DNA from: an uncultured Chloroflexia bacterium
GTDB taxonomy: Bacteria > Chloroflexota > UBA6077 > JACCZL01
Direction of reading: 5' to 3'
Length of the DNA: 64,000 nt
Assembly (NCBI GenBank): GCA_963765765.1
Contig: CAVXYC010000028.1
Location: 64,001 to 128,000 of the forward strand
Below, piece after piece: positions 50,272-61,396 of this stretch (positions within the stretch are counted from its first letter, which is position 1; each line of letters opens with the position of its first letter). A model generated the notes under the pieces. The model was not told where the DNA came from and did not search any database. It worked only from the letters and a program-made list of their open reading frames with translations. The translations under genes were made by a program, and so were the position numbers.

Positions 50272-50274
50272 AGC

Positions 50275-51987
50275 GTGACTGACGGCGGCAGCGACAATCC
50301 GACCAATCAACCGGCCTCGCCCACGGGTGAGGCCGGTTCGCATCGTGTTTCTGTTTCAGACGATCTCGAGATCTCGACCTATCTCGAGATCGGAACGTCT
50401 GGCACCACGTCCAGTCCCGCGTCATCGGGATCGCGGGACCAGGTAAGCCGCGATTGCATCGCGGTTATTCACTTCGGTTCCCAGTACAGTCAGCTCATCA
50501 CGCGCCGCGTGCGTGAGCTTCACGTCTATTCCGAGCTGCTTCCGCACGACGTCAGCGAAGAACGCGTCAAGGCGCTGAATCCGAAGGGGTTCATCCTTTC
50601 CGGCGGACCATCCAGTGTCTACGATGAAGGCGCTCCGACAATTCCGCGCTTCATCCTGGAGAGCGGAAAGCCCATACTGGGCGTCTGCTATGGCATGCAG
50701 GCGCTGGTACATCAGCTCGATGGCGTGGTGGCTCCGAGCGATAAACGCGAGTACGGGCACGCCGTCGCTCAATGTCGCCGACTGCGCACTCGCCACTCTT
50801 CGAAGGTCTCCCCAGTCAGTTCTCGGTCTGGATGAGCCACGGCGACTCCATCACCCAGCTTCCCACGGGTTTGACGACAATCGCCCAGAGCGAGAATTCG
50901 CCGGTCGCTGCGATGAGCGATGGCAAGGGAATCTACGGTCTCCAGTTCCATCCGGAGGTCGTCCATACCGCAAACGGCAAAGATCTGCTGGCCAATTTCG
51001 CGTTTCGCGTGTGCGGCTGCGAAGCATCGTGGACACCGGATATCTTCATTGAATCCAACATCGCCGAGATTCGCGAGCGCGTCGGAAACGGCCGCGTCAT
51101 CTGCGCCCTTTCTGGCGGTGTGGACTCGGCCGTGGTCGCGAGCCTGCTGCATCGAGCTATCGGCGATCAGCTCATCTGCATCTTCGTCAACAACGGCCTC
51201 CTGCGCCGTGGTGAGCCTGAGCGTGTTGTGGAAACCTTTGAGCGCAACATGCGCATGAACCTCCGCCATGTGGACGCGACGGGCTGGTTCCTGCGCCGAC
51301 TCCGAGGCGTCATCGACCCCGAAGAAAAGCGCAAAGCTATTGGCGACGAATTTATCCAGGTCTTTCGTGAGATCGCCGGCGAATACGGTGATCGCGACTT
51401 CCTGGCGCAGGGCACGCTCTACCCGGACGTGATCGAGAGCGCGGGGTCGGGTCTTGGCGCTGAGCACGTCATCAAATCGCACCACAATGTCGGCGGACTG
51501 CCCAAGGACCTGCCCTTCCAGCTTATCGAGCCGCTCCGCTACCTCTTCAAGGATGAGGTACGCGAGGTGGGGATCTGCGCTGGGACTGCCAGAAGACATG
51601 GTCTGGAGACAGCCATTCCCGGGCCCCGGGCTCGCAATTCGGATCATCGGCGAGGTCACGCCTGAGCGTCTGGAGAAGGCTCGCGGCGCCGACTTCATCG
51701 TGATGGACGAGATTCGGCAGGCCGGACTATACCGACAAGTCTGGCAGAGCTTCGCCGTCATTACGCCAGTCCGCACAGTCGGCGTGATGGGCGACAAGCG
51801 AACGTACGACGAGGTCGTAGCGGTGCGTATCGTGACCAGCGACGATGGCATGACCGCAGACTGGGCTCGTGTACCGTACGACCTACTGGCACGCATCTCC
51901 AATCGCATCGTGAACGAAGTCGCCGGCGTGAACCGCGTGGTCTACGACATCAGCTCGAAGCCACCCGGCACCATCGAGTGGGAATGA
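50275..51987 (+). CDS. guaA: GMP synthase, split by two indels (near 50770 and 51575)
   Basis: [54 protein letters not shown] over three frames. Confidence 0.93.
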
Positions 51988-52094
51988 GCCGCTACGGCTC
52001 TCGGCGGTGCGGGTCTCCGGGCCGGCCGTTCCACCAGCTCGTCTGCGTGGCAGGTGCAGAGAGCAGCGGCACCGAAGACACCCAAGCGACGAGC

Positions 52095-53393
52095 ATGAAC
52101 GTCCTTGTCATCGGCAACGGCAGCCGCGAGCATGCCATCTGCTGGAAGCTCCGGCAGAGTCCGCGGCTTGGGTCCCTGTACTGCGCACCCGGTAATGCTG
52201 GCACAAGGCTGCAGGCTGAGAACGTCCCGCTGGATCCCGCTGACCATACAGCGGTGGCTGACTGGTGTCGCCAGAACGCAATCGACCTGGTTGTCATTGG
52301 CCCCGAGGCGCCTCTGGCCGACGGGCTGGCGGATTCGCTCATCGCGGCTGGTCTGCTTGTCTTTGGTCCAACCGCGAGTGCCGCGCGGATCGAAAGCAGC
52401 AAGATCTGGACGAAGGCGTTTGCGCATCGGCACGGAATTCCAACGGCAAACGCGTCTGCGACCTCCGATTACGAGCAGGCCATGTCGGCCATCGAACAGC
52501 TTCAGCTCCCGGTCGTCATCAAAGCCGACGGACTGGCCGCCGGCAAAGGCGTGGCCATCGCGGGCGATCACGCGGCCGCCGAGGAAGTGGTGCGTGGGTA
52601 TCTGCTCGAGGGCCAGCTCGGCGAAGCGGGCAAGAGTCTGCTTGTAGAAGAGTTCCTGGAGGGCGTCGAGGTCTCGCTTCTGGCCTTTGCCGACGGCGAG
52701 CGATATGCCGTGATGCCGCCAGCGCGCGATCACAAGCGCATCTTTGATGGCGACCGAGGACCGAACACGGGCGGCATGGGAGCCTTTGCTCCGGTTCAAG
52801 ATGTGGACGTTGCATCGCTTGCGGAACAGTTCATAGCTCCCGCTGTCCGCGGCATGGTGGCAGAAGGTTATCCGTTCCGCGGCGTACTCTACGCAGGCCT
52901 CATGCTGACAGCCCATGGGCCAAGGTTGATTGAATACAACTGCCGCTTTGGTGATCCTGAGACGCAAGTGATCCTGCCGCTGCTCGAAACGGATCTCCTC
53001 GACATCTGCGAGTCTGCCGCGCGAGGGCAGCTCCAGCCTGAAACAGTCACCTTCCGTTCCGAGACAGCCTGCGGAGTGGTGCTCGCGTCACACGGTTACC
53101 CGGGCCCAGTGACGTCGGGCGACATCATCAAGGGTTTGCATGACACACCCTCGGATGTTCTCGTATTTCAGGCAGGCACGGCCGTGAATTCGTCCGGGGA
53201 GACCGTAACGGCAGGCGGACGCGTGCTGACGGTCACGGGGATGGGCCAGGATATTCACGCCGCCCGCGCGCGAGCGTACGCAGGCATCCAGGCCATATCA
53301 TTCGAGGGCTCGCAGATGCGTACTGATATCGGACTCCCATCTGATCCAGAAGCTCGCGGGACAAGTCCCACGACAACAGGTTTGCATCCATGA
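52095..53393 (+). CDS. purD: Phosphoribosylamine-glycine ligase
   Basis: GSREHA, KADGLAAGKGV, GPNTGGMG, RFGDPE. Confidence 0.96.
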   Translation: MNVLVIGNGSREHAICWKLRQSPRLGSLYCAPGNAGTRLQAENVPLDPADHTAVADWCRQNAIDLVVIGPEAPLADGLADSLIAAGLLVFGPTASAARIESSKIWTKAFAHRHGIPTANASATSDYEQAMSAIEQLQLPVVIKADGLAAGKGVAIAGDHAAAEEVVRGYLLEGQLGEAGKSLLVEEFLEGVEVSLLAFADGERYAVMPPARDHKRIFDGDRGPNTGGMGAFAPVQDVDVASLAEQFIAPAVRGMVAEGYPFRGVLYAGLMLTAHGPRLIEYNCRFGDPETQVILPLLETDLLDICESAARGQLQPETVTFRSETACGVVLASHGYPGPVTSGDIIKGLHDTPSDVLVFQAGTAVNSSGETVTAGGRVLTVTGMGQDIHAARARAYAGIQAISFEGSQMRTDIGLPSDPEARGTSPTTTGLHP

Positions 53394-54682
53394 TTCCTCG
53401 CTATTCGAATCCCGAGATGGCCCGCATCTGGTCAGATGAGCACAAGATGGAGGTCTGGCTACGGGTGGAGATCGCCGCGTGCGAGGCCTGGGCTGCATCT
53501 GGTGTCATCCCAGCGGAGGACATGGCTCAGATTCGTGGTGCCACGTTCGACATGGCGCGATGGGACGAGCTGTACCAGGAGACTCATCACGATGTGATCG
53601 CCTTTATACGAACGGTCTCGGAGCGCATCGGTCCTGCCGGGCGCTGGATCCATTACGGCATGACGTCGCAAGACGTGTGGGATACATCGACGTCCATTCA
53701 AATGATGGAAGCCGCCGAGCTAATCGAGCGCGATCTTGATGCGCTGGAGCAAGCGGTCACGAAACAGGCGCTGCGTTACAAAGACACGCCGGCCATCGGT
53801 CGAACGCACGGCGTGCATGCGGAGCCCACGACATTCGGCCATAAGCTGGCCGTCTGGATTGATCAGCATCGGCTGAATCGCGAGCGGGTGAAGCGTGCGC
53901 GCGAGGAGATCTCCATCGGAATGTTCTCCGGCGCCGTCGGCACGCACGCCAATGTTCCGCCGGAGATTGAAGAGCGCGCCTGCGAGATACTCGGACTGAA
54001 GCCAGCGCCCGTGTCTTCACAGATTATCCAGCGGGACCGCCACGCCGCTTACATGACGGCACTCGCAGTGGTGGCGTCTACGCTGGAGCAGCAAGCGCTC
54101 GAGATTCGACTGCTACAGCGGACTGAGGTCAGCGAGGTCGCAGAGCCGTTTGGCTCGGGTCAGCAGGGCTCGTCGGCCATGCCGCATAAGCGCAATCCGG
54201 AGCTGGTAGAGCGGATCTGCGGACTCGCACGGGTCGTTAGAGCGAATGCGCTTCCGGCTCTCGAGGATGTCGCTCTGTGGCACGAGCGCGACATCAGCCA
54301 CTCGTCAGTTGAGCGCGTGATCCTGCCTGACTCGTGCATTCTCCTCGACTACATGCTCCAGATGTTTACGGGCATTGTCAGCGACATGGATGTGAACGTA
54401 GAGCAGATGAAAGCCAATTTAGAGTCCACGCGAGGTCTCGTGTACTCGGGACGCGTGTTAATCGCACTGGTCGAAGCGGGCATGCAACGCAACGACGCCT
54501 ACCAGATCATTCAGGGATACGCGAAACGGGTGTGGGCGGGCGACGGCGACCTACAGTCGCACCTTGCTCAAGACTCCAAAGTTCGCGAGCACATGAGCTC
54601 CGAGCAGCTTGCCGAGCTCTTTTCGCTGGACTACCACCTGCGAAATATCGATGTGCCGTTCAAGCGACTGGGGTTGCTCTAG
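53390..54682 (+). CDS. purB: Adenylosuccinate lyase
   Basis: GRTHGVHAEP, GSSAMPHKRNP. Confidence 0.96.
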   Translation: MIPRYSNPEMARIWSDEHKMEVWLRVEIAACEAWAASGVIPAEDMAQIRGATFDMARWDELYQETHHDVIAFIRTVSERIGPAGRWIHYGMTSQDVWDTSTSIQMMEAAELIERDLDALEQAVTKQALRYKDTPAIGRTHGVHAEPTTFGHKLAVWIDQHRLNRERVKRAREEISIGMFSGAVGTHANVPPEIEERACEILGLKPAPVSSQIIQRDRHAAYMTALAVVASTLEQQALEIRLLQRTEVSEVAEPFGSGQQGSSAMPHKRNPELVERICGLARVVRANALPALEDVALWHERDISHSSVERVILPDSCILLDYMLQMFTGIVSDMDVNVEQMKANLESTRGLVYSGRVLIALVEAGMQRNDAYQIIQGYAKRVWAGDGDLQSHLAQDSKVREHMSSEQLAELFSLDYHLRNIDVPFKRLGLL

Positions 54683-54724
54683 TGCTCTGTAAAACACGGT
54701 CTGTCGTCCTGGCAGCCAGGGAGT

Positions 54725-54808
54725 GCTCTCGGTGGGGCGGGTCTCTGTACCCGACACTACCAGGCTTTGCTGTCTGGCGGGTACAGAGAGGCCCGCCCCA
54801 CCGAGAGC
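54725..54808. repeat. REP/REPIN-like inverted repeat pair between purB and purC
   Basis: GCTCTCGGTGGGGCGGGTCTCTGTACCCG (54725-54753) and its near-perfect inverse (54778-54808). Confidence 0.75.
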
Positions 54809-54868
54809 GCTTCAGCTTCCCACACGCGTCAAACGCTCTCACCTTACGGGGACATTAGCCGTGCATCC

Positions 54869-55772
54869 ATGCCTTCAGCCAGGAGCGCCATTTCCGCCGA
54901 CGCTGACAGAACAAATCTTCCTGGCCTTCCGCTTTTTTCGCGCGGGAAGGTGCGCGAGATGGTAGATCTTGACGATCATCTGCTCATGGTGGCCAGCGAC
55001 CGAGTCTCAGCGTTTGATGTGGTGATGAACGAACCGATCCCGGGCAAGGGCATCGTACTGACAGCATTCTCGGAGTTCTGGTTCGGCCACACGCATCAAA
55101 TAGTTCCAAATCATCTCGTCAGCGCCGACGTCTCTGATTTCCCATCGAGCGTCCATGCCTTTCCGCGACCAGCTCGACGGGCGAGCCATGCTGGTGCGCA
55201 AAGCCGAGCGTGTGGACATCGAATGCGTGGTGCGCGGCTATCTGGCTGGGTCCGCCTGGGCTGAATATCGGCGTCATGGAACAATGGCCGGCGAGCCCCT
55301 CCCGGAGGGGATGAGTGAGGCAGAGCGTTTGCCTGAGCCGCTCTTCACACCCGCGACCAAGGCCGATAGCGGCCACGACGAGAACATCCCGATGTCGCGA
55401 ATGCGTGAGATCGTTGGTGCGTCACTGGCGGACCGCCTTCGCGAGCTGAGCATCGCGCTCTACCAATTCGCGGAAGAGCACGCTCGACAGCGCGGGATCA
55501 TCCTTGCGGACACGAAGTTCGAATTCGGACTCATCGATGGAGAGATCACCCTGATCGATGAAGCGCTTACACCCGATTCCAGCCGGTTCTGGCCGGCGGA
55601 TGGTTACGAGAAGGGGCGATCGCAGCCGAGCTTCGACAAGCAGTACTTGCGCGACTATCTGGAATCAACTGGCTGGAACAAAGAACCTCCGCCGCCACCG
55701 CTCCCCGATCAGGTGGTGAGCCGAACCGCGGAAAAGTATCGAGAGGCATATCAGCGTGTTGTGGCTGGCTAA
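54869..55772 (+). CDS. purC: SAICAR synthase, one indel near 55160
   Basis: [41 protein letters not shown]. Confidence 0.93.
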
Positions 55773-56013
55773 AGTCAACATCGTTCTCAAGCCCGTGGTG
55801 AATGATCCCGAAGGCCTGGCCATCCAGGGAGGGCTGAAGTCGCTCGGTTTTGAGCAAGTTACCGACGTGCGCTCAGGCAAGCTCATCGAGATCCGTCTGG
55901 AGTCTCCGGACCGTAAGTCAGCGCGCGATCAAGTAGTCAGTATGTGCCGCAAGCTGCTGGCGAATCCGGTGATCGAAGACTATCGGTTCACGCTGTCGGA
56001 GGCGAAATCCTAA
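55756..56013 (+). CDS. purS: FGAM synthase subunit PurS
   Basis: LKPVVNDPEG, VRSGK, LLANPVIEDY. Confidence 0.94.
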   Translation: MLWLAKVNIVLKPVVNDPEGLAIQGGLKSLGFEQVTDVRSGKLIEIRLESPDRKSARDQVVSMCRKLLANPVIEDYRFTLSEAKS

Positions 56014-56117
56014 CCGCTAGAGCATGACAATGATTCCCTGGTGCGAAATAGGAGAATCACCCTTGAATCTGCTGGTTTGGCGCCGGATCTACGCGTTCGA
56101 CGGGTTACACTAAGCGC

Positions 56118-56357
56118 ATGAGCGGCTACCAGCTCTGGGACACACTTAGCGGTGACCTGCTTGATGACTTCGGAACGGAGTCGGACGCACTGGAATGCGT
56201 TCAAGGTCTCTTTGAGGCTCGTGAGCTCGACGACGACCCGAATATCGCCCTTGTCTCCGTTGAAGATAGTGGCGACACGGCCACGATCGCAGACGGTCAA
56301 GCTCTGGTCCGCCTGGCTCGAGCCCGTTCCGAACAACCAGGCCAAGCGGAAAGATAG
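56118..56357 (+). CDS. Small acidic hypothetical protein
   Basis: YQLWDTLSGDLLDDFGTE..AL; plausible composition. Confidence 0.6.
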   Translation: MSGYQLWDTLSGDLLDDFGTESDALECVQGLFEARELDDDPNIALVSVEDSGDTATIADGQALVRLARARSEQPGQAER

Positions 56358-56369
56358 CCCGGCTTCGGG

Positions 56370-57219
56370 TCACACTGCGCTCGAATCGTCTGGCCGCGCT
56401 TTATGCCGCTTCAATATCGTCGATCGCAAGTCGTCGAAGCAGCTCCTGGGAACGGCCTGCGAGCCAATGGTGACGCCATTCGCTCGGCCATGTGAATCCG
56501 ATCCACCGGTGGCAATGGCACTCAGTTGGTCAGCGATAGCGCGGAAATGATCTCGAGTTGTGTCTAAATGCGCCACGGACCAGCATTCGAGGCCGTCCAG
56601 GCCGGAGCGCATGAGTGACTCGACCTGATGGGCCGCCAGAACTGGCCCGCCGCGAATAATCTTTCCCGGATGGGCGAGAACTGCTACACCGCCGACGCGA
56701 TGAATGAGATCGATCCCGTCCTCGATTGATGCAGTAACGGGCTGCTGCGCTGCACGCCGCAGGGTTTTCCACGGGTTCTTCAATTCGCCGAGAAGACGCT
56801 CGCGCGTCAGTGCCAGGACGACCGAGGTTCCCGTGGGATAACGACTATGAGCCCGCTGGAGAGACTCCAGAGGAACATCGTGGCCTTCGTCTCGCAACTC
56901 AGAGCGAAGCTCCGCGACGTGCATCTCCATCGCCCGCTCCGCTGCTCCAAGCCTATCGACTGAGCAAGGAGTGCGTGTGAACGATTCCGTAGCCCAGAAG
57001 ATGGACCACACGCCGGCCCCATCGCACGGTGAGCTCAATGGCTGGGATCACTTCAACACCAAGTCGGCGACCGGCGATCAGCGCTTCATCCGTCCCACCG
57101 ACCACATCGTGATCGGCGATGGCAACTGCCTCGAGTCCAATCTCTGCCGCCCGCTGCACGACCTGCGTTGGAGTAAGCCGGCCGTCGGACCAGGTGGAGT
57201 GCAGGTGCAGATCGATCAT
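56370..57219 (-). CDS. PHP-domain phosphoesterase (TrpH-like), one indel near 56960-57000
   Basis: DLHLHSTWSDG, IADHD, HLLGY, LAHP, GGSDSHG. Confidence 0.85.
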
Positions 57220-57340
57220 GATGTCAACTCACCCGTGCCATCCTCACCAACAATCGACGACCCAAAGCCGCCTCCGAGCCGCACCCTTACGGGATGCGGC
57301 TCTGTTAGTGCGTTGATGATTTCGGTGGTCAATCGGAGGA

Positions 57341-57934
57341 TTAGTCCAGGACGCCTTTGGTGCTCGGGATCTCGCCCGCGATGCGCTCGTCAAAACGCGT
57401 TGCGTCGTCCAGTGCCCGCGCCATGGACTTGAACGCCGACTCCACTCGGTGGTGGTCGTTCTCCCCCATCATGGTGTGCACGTGAAGCGTGATGCGGGCT
57501 TCCTGGGCGAGGGAGAGGAAAAAGTGCGGCACCATCTCAGTGCTCAACGTTCCGATGGCTGCGCCCTTCAAGCCAAGGTCGACGACAGCCATTCCCCGTC
57601 CGCTCAAGTCCACTGACGCCATCGTCAGCGCCTCATCGAGCGGCACGATGGCGTGCCCGAAGCGCCGAATTCCGCGTCGTTCGCCAAGAGCTTCCGCGAA
57701 TGCTCGGCCGAGGCCAATGCCGATATCCTCGACGGTGTGATGATCATCGATATGCAGATCCCCGGTTGCCTTGACGGTTATGTCAAATCGACCATGGCGC
57801 GCCAGACTGTCCAGCATGTGATCCAGAAATCCAATACCCGTGGAGATGTCTGAGATCCCGGTGCCGTCGATCTCCCAGCGAATCGTGATGCTGGTCTCAC
57901 GGGTCTCTCGAGTGCTCGAACCGACGCGGCTCAC
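57341..57934 (-). CDS. hisB: Imidazoleglycerol-phosphate dehydratase (monofunctional)
   Basis: FLDHML, IDDHHTVED, NDHHRVES, PSTKG. Confidence 0.96.
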   Translation of the reverse strand: MSRVGSSTRETRETSITIRWEIDGTGISDISTGIGFLDHMLDSLARHGRFDITVKATGDLHIDDHHTVEDIGIGLGRAFAEALGERRGIRRFGHAIVPLDEALTMASVDLSGRGMAVVDLGLKGAAIGTLSTEMVPHFFLSLAQEARITLHVHTMMGENDHHRVESAFKSMARALDDATRFDERIAGEIPSTKGVLD

Positions 57935-59034
57935 GTGCGCGGCGCCGATCGCAAGGCTTGGATGAGTCTGTCCGTTTGCTCCGGCTTGCCAACGCTGATG
58001 CGCACGAATTCTCGAAGTCGCGCCGAGTTGTAAAAGCGCACCAGGATGCCGTTGTCAGCCAGATACTGAGTGAGATCCGCCCCCGAGATTCCATCCGCGT
58101 GCACCAGCATGAAGTTCGCCGCCGAGGGATATGGGGTGAGGTAATCGATCTCACTTAGCAGCTTCGTCATCCGCTTCTGCTCGGCCTGAATCTTCGCGAC
58201 GTTCTCCTGGAGCCAGGTCCGATCATTGAGCGACGCTTCCATCGCGACCACGGCCGCCTGATTGATATTGAACGGCGCCTTCAACTTCCACATGTGGGGC
58301 GAGATGCTGGACGGAAGCACCGCGTAACCGAGCCGAAGACCAGCCAGCCCAGCCCACTTGCTAAAGGTCCGTAAGAGCACCAGGTTGTCGCGTTCGGCAA
58401 CCATGGGCGCCAGCGACTGGCCGTAGAACTCGGCATAGGCCTCGTCCAGGACCACTAGAACGCCCGTATCAAGAATCCGGTCCAGAAGCTCCCGAGACGC
58501 AGGGTTGCCTGTTGGATTGTTCGGCGATGCGATGAACGTGATTTTGGTCTTTGGTGTGATCGCCCGAAGCGCAGCATCTGGATCGATATCGAACCGCTCG
58601 TCACGCGGAACGTCGATCAGTGGCGCCATGTACTGCTGCGCAACGAATGCGTAGACACCAAAGGTCGGGGAGAAATCCACGACCTCATCGCCGGGATTGA
58701 GAACCGCGCGCATGAGCAAGTCGATCAGCTCGTCGGATCCGTTGCCCAGGAAAAGGTATTGCGGGTCTACACCCACGTAGCCCGAGAGCACCTCACGTGC
58801 GTGCTCCTGATCCGGATCCGGATAGATATGGTAGTTGCTGAACTCGGCCAGCGCATGGCCGACCTTTGGAGACGCGCCGTACGGATTCTCGTTCGCGTCC
58901 AGCTTGATGACCTGGCTGACCGGTATGCCGAGGCGCTTTGCGAGTCGATCTGGATCTTCTGGCGGCGAGTATGGCGTCATGGACGCGACGGCGTCGCGAA
59001 TGAGCGAGCGTGGGCGCTGAGTCGACGTCCTCAT
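57931..59034 (-). CDS. hisC: Histidinol-phosphate aminotransferase
   Basis: LDANENPY, GNGSDE, SPNNPTG, DEAY, RTFSK..LAGLR. Confidence 0.96.
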   Translation of the reverse strand: MRTSTQRPRSLIRDAVASMTPYSPPEDPDRLAKRLGIPVSQVIKLDANENPYGASPKVGHALAEFSNYHIYPDPDQEHAREVLSGYVGVDPQYLFLGNGSDELIDLLMRAVLNPGDEVVDFSPTFGVYAFVAQQYMAPLIDVPRDERFDIDPDAALRAITPKTKITFIASPNNPTGNPASRELLDRILDTGVLVVLDEAYAEFYGQSLAPMVAERDNLVLLRTFSKWAGLAGLRLGYAVLPSSISPHMWKLKAPFNINQAAVVAMEASLNDRTWLQENVAKIQAEQKRMTKLLSEIDYLTPYPSAANFMLVHADGISGADLTQYLADNGILVRFYNSARLREFVRISVGKPEQTDRLIQALRSAPRT

Positions 59035-60371
59035 GTCAGGTCCTTTAGTCGCAGCTCGATCGCGTAAGCGTGTCCGTGGAGCCCCTCCGCGCGTGCCAAA
59101 TCCATGGCCGGCGGTCCCAAGCGCTTGACATCAGACTCGCCCATGGCGAACACCGAAGTGATCTTCACAAAGTCATCCAGGTTCACTGGCGAGGCGAATC
59201 GAGCCGTGCCACCGGTGGGCATGATGTGGCTGGGTCCGGCGGTGTAATCACCAATGCTCTCCGCGGCGAGCTCACCCACAAACACGCCTCCCGTGTTTCG
59301 GACGGCCGGCAGGAGCTTCCAGGGATCCCGTGTGCAGATGGCCATATGCTCGGGAGCGTAGAGATTGGCCAGTTCCATAGCCTCTTCGACTGAGTCGGCC
59401 ACAACGGTCATGCCTCGAGCGGCAATGGAATCTCGCATGATCTGCGCGCGCGGTGCGCTTTCTAGCTGTCGCTCGGCAGCCGCCAGAACATCCTCAACGA
59501 TCGTTGGCGAGGTTGCGATGAGCACTGGCTGTGCCATCGGATCGTGCTCGGCTTGAGCTAACAGATCAGATGCGAGGTACTCCACATTTGATGACTCGTC
59601 GGCAATGAGCACGCACTCCGTTGGTCCGGGAAGCCCGTCGATACCAACGAATCCGTTTACCAGCCTCTTGGCGGCGACAACGAAGAGATTTCCGGGGCCA
59701 ACGATCTTGTCCACGCGCTCGACGGATTCAGTCCCGAGGGCCAGCGCCGCGATGGCCTGTGCACCACCGAGTCGGTACACGCGATCTGCGCCGGCCAGAT
59801 GCGCGGCCGCCATGAGGACATCCGCGATCTCGCCGCTGGGCCCCGGCGGTGATGCGATCACAATCTCACCGACCCCGGCTACCCTTGCTGGAATCGCCGC
59901 CATAAGCACGGAGCTGGGATACGGCGCGCGCCCGCCTGGCGCGTATATCCCGACTCGATCCAGCGGTCGAATAATCTGCCCGAGGGCGCCGTCGCCGCGA
60001 TAATCGAGCCACGAGTTGCGGCGTGCGCGCTCATGGAAGTCGCGTAAACGATCCGCGGCAACTTCCAGGGCGTTCCGAAGCTCTGGAGTGATGGACTCGA
60101 ACGCCGCTTTGAGGCGCTCCCGGGGCACAACGAGCTCTGGCAGCTCCACTCCGTCGATCGCTCGACTGTAATGCTTTAGCGCCTCGTCGCCACGCGCGGC
60201 GACATCGGCGATGATGCGGCGAGCCACCTCTTCCACGCCAATTCGTTCACCGAACACATCGGCAATACGCGCCTGCACCGATTCAGGCAGCGGGACGTCG
60301 TCGATCATGCGCTGCTTCACCATCGCGGAACGCGCCGCCCGCGCACTTTCGAACTGTCGAATCTCGATCAT
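59031..60371 (-). CDS. hisD: Histidinol dehydrogenase
   Basis: YPSSVLM, GGAQAI, GPGN, LLAQAEHD, APEH, GDY..GPSH. Confidence 0.96.
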   Translation of the reverse strand: MIEIRQFESARAARSAMVKQRMIDDVPLPESVQARIADVFGERIGVEEVARRIIADVAARGDEALKHYSRAIDGVELPELVVPRERLKAAFESITPELRNALEVAADRLRDFHERARRNSWLDYRGDGALGQIIRPLDRVGIYAPGGRAPYPSSVLMAAIPARVAGVGEIVIASPPGPSGEIADVLMAAAHLAGADRVYRLGGAQAIAALALGTESVERVDKIVGPGNLFVVAAKRLVNGFVGIDGLPGPTECVLIADESSNVEYLASDLLAQAEHDPMAQPVLIATSPTIVEDVLAAAERQLESAPRAQIMRDSIAARGMTVVADSVEEAMELANLYAPEHMAICTRDPWKLLPAVRNTGGVFVGELAAESIGDYTAGPSHIMPTGGTARFASPVNLDDFVKITSVFAMGESDVKRLGPPAMDLARAEGLHGHAYAIELRLKDLT

Positions 60372-61396
60372 GCTTCCTCATCCTCGGCCTCGCCGAAGAG
60401 CTGGCGCCGAAGCGCTTCAAACGTCCAGGCTTTGTGCTGAAACACGTAGCGCAATGGAATCGCTGTCACATCGGCAGCGCCGGCCTTGCGCAGCGCATCC
60501 ACAGCTTTTTGAAGCACCTTGTCTTCCACCACGATCGTGGCGGCGTACCAGCCGCTCTGCCCATCGAGCCTGTAAACGGGCGCCACCGTGGGCCCTTGCA
60601 ACCCAGCGACCTCGCCATGACTCGTGACGACGTGCGCAATTGCTTCAGGACTATCACCATGAATATTCGCCGTGAGCGAGTAGAAGCTTCGGGCGCGTAA
60701 ATGCGCTTCAATCAGCTCGAGAATCTGTCTGGTGAGCTGCAGCTTGTCGTCAACAGATCGGAGTGCGATCTTGTTGGCGATGAGGCATGCCTGCGATTCC
60801 AGAATCGCCCCACCGTTCACTGGCTTCAATCGATTCTCGCGCAGTGTCACCCCGCTCGATGTGAGGTCGCAGATCATATCCGCGTATCCCATGGCCGGTG
60901 CGGCTTCCAGCGCTCCACTGCTCTCCACGATGGAGAAGTAGTTGATCCCTCGATCGAAGAGGAATTGGCGAGTCAGATTCACGTACTTCGTGGCGATGCG
61001 AAGCTCGCGTCCGCGCGCTCGCAGGTCCGCCGAGATCTCTGCCAGATCAGTCACGCCACTGACGTCGATCCATCCCTCTGGCACGGCCAGTACCAGTGAG
61101 CAGTGGCCAAAGCCGAGTTTCGGATGCAGCATGATGACGCTGTCATCCTCGCGTTCATGCTCGCGGACGAGATCGTAACCAGTAATCCCTACGTCGACAC
61201 TGCCCTCGCTTACTTTTTCAACGATGTCAGGCGCCCGCTGAAAGAGCACTTCGACACCCTTTAGCGAGCGCACGGTCGCGCGATATTGCCGTGGGTTACT
61301 GCGATTGACCGAGATACCGCACGACGATAGAAACGAGAGCGCCGCGTCTTCCATCCCTTTCGATGGGATCGCGATTCGAAGGCGTGTGTCGCTCAT
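60368..61396 (-). CDS. hisG: ATP phosphoribosyltransferase, long form
   Basis: AIPSKG, GITGYD, IATKY, GALE, DLTSSG.TL; C-terminal regulatory domain GLQGPTV. Confidence 0.94.
   Translation of the reverse strand: MSDTRLRIAIPSKGMEDAALSFLSSCGISVNRSNPRQYRATVRSLKGVEVLFQRAPDIVEKVSEGSVDVGITGYDLVREHEREDDSVIMLHPKLGFGHCSLVLAVPEGWIDVSGVTDLAEISADLRARGRELRIATKYVNLTRQFLFDRGINYFSIVESSGALEAAPAMGYADMICDLTSSGVTLRENRLKPVNGGAILESQACLIANKIALRSVDDKLQLTRQILELIEAHLRARSFYSLTANIHGDSPEAIAHVVTSHGEVAGLQGPTVAPVYRLDGQSGWYAATIVVEDKVLQKAVDALRKAGAADVTAIPLRYVFQHKAWTFEALRRQLFGEAEDEEA

Noticed and set aside
50360-50392. Repeated GATCTCGAGATC palindromes
   Set aside because: They lie within the guaA coding sequence (DLEI..YLEI) and are explained by codon choice
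50769-51908. 379-aa minus-strand ORF and other long antisense ORFs
   Set aside because: Shadows of conserved genes in GC-rich DNA, with no motifs of their own
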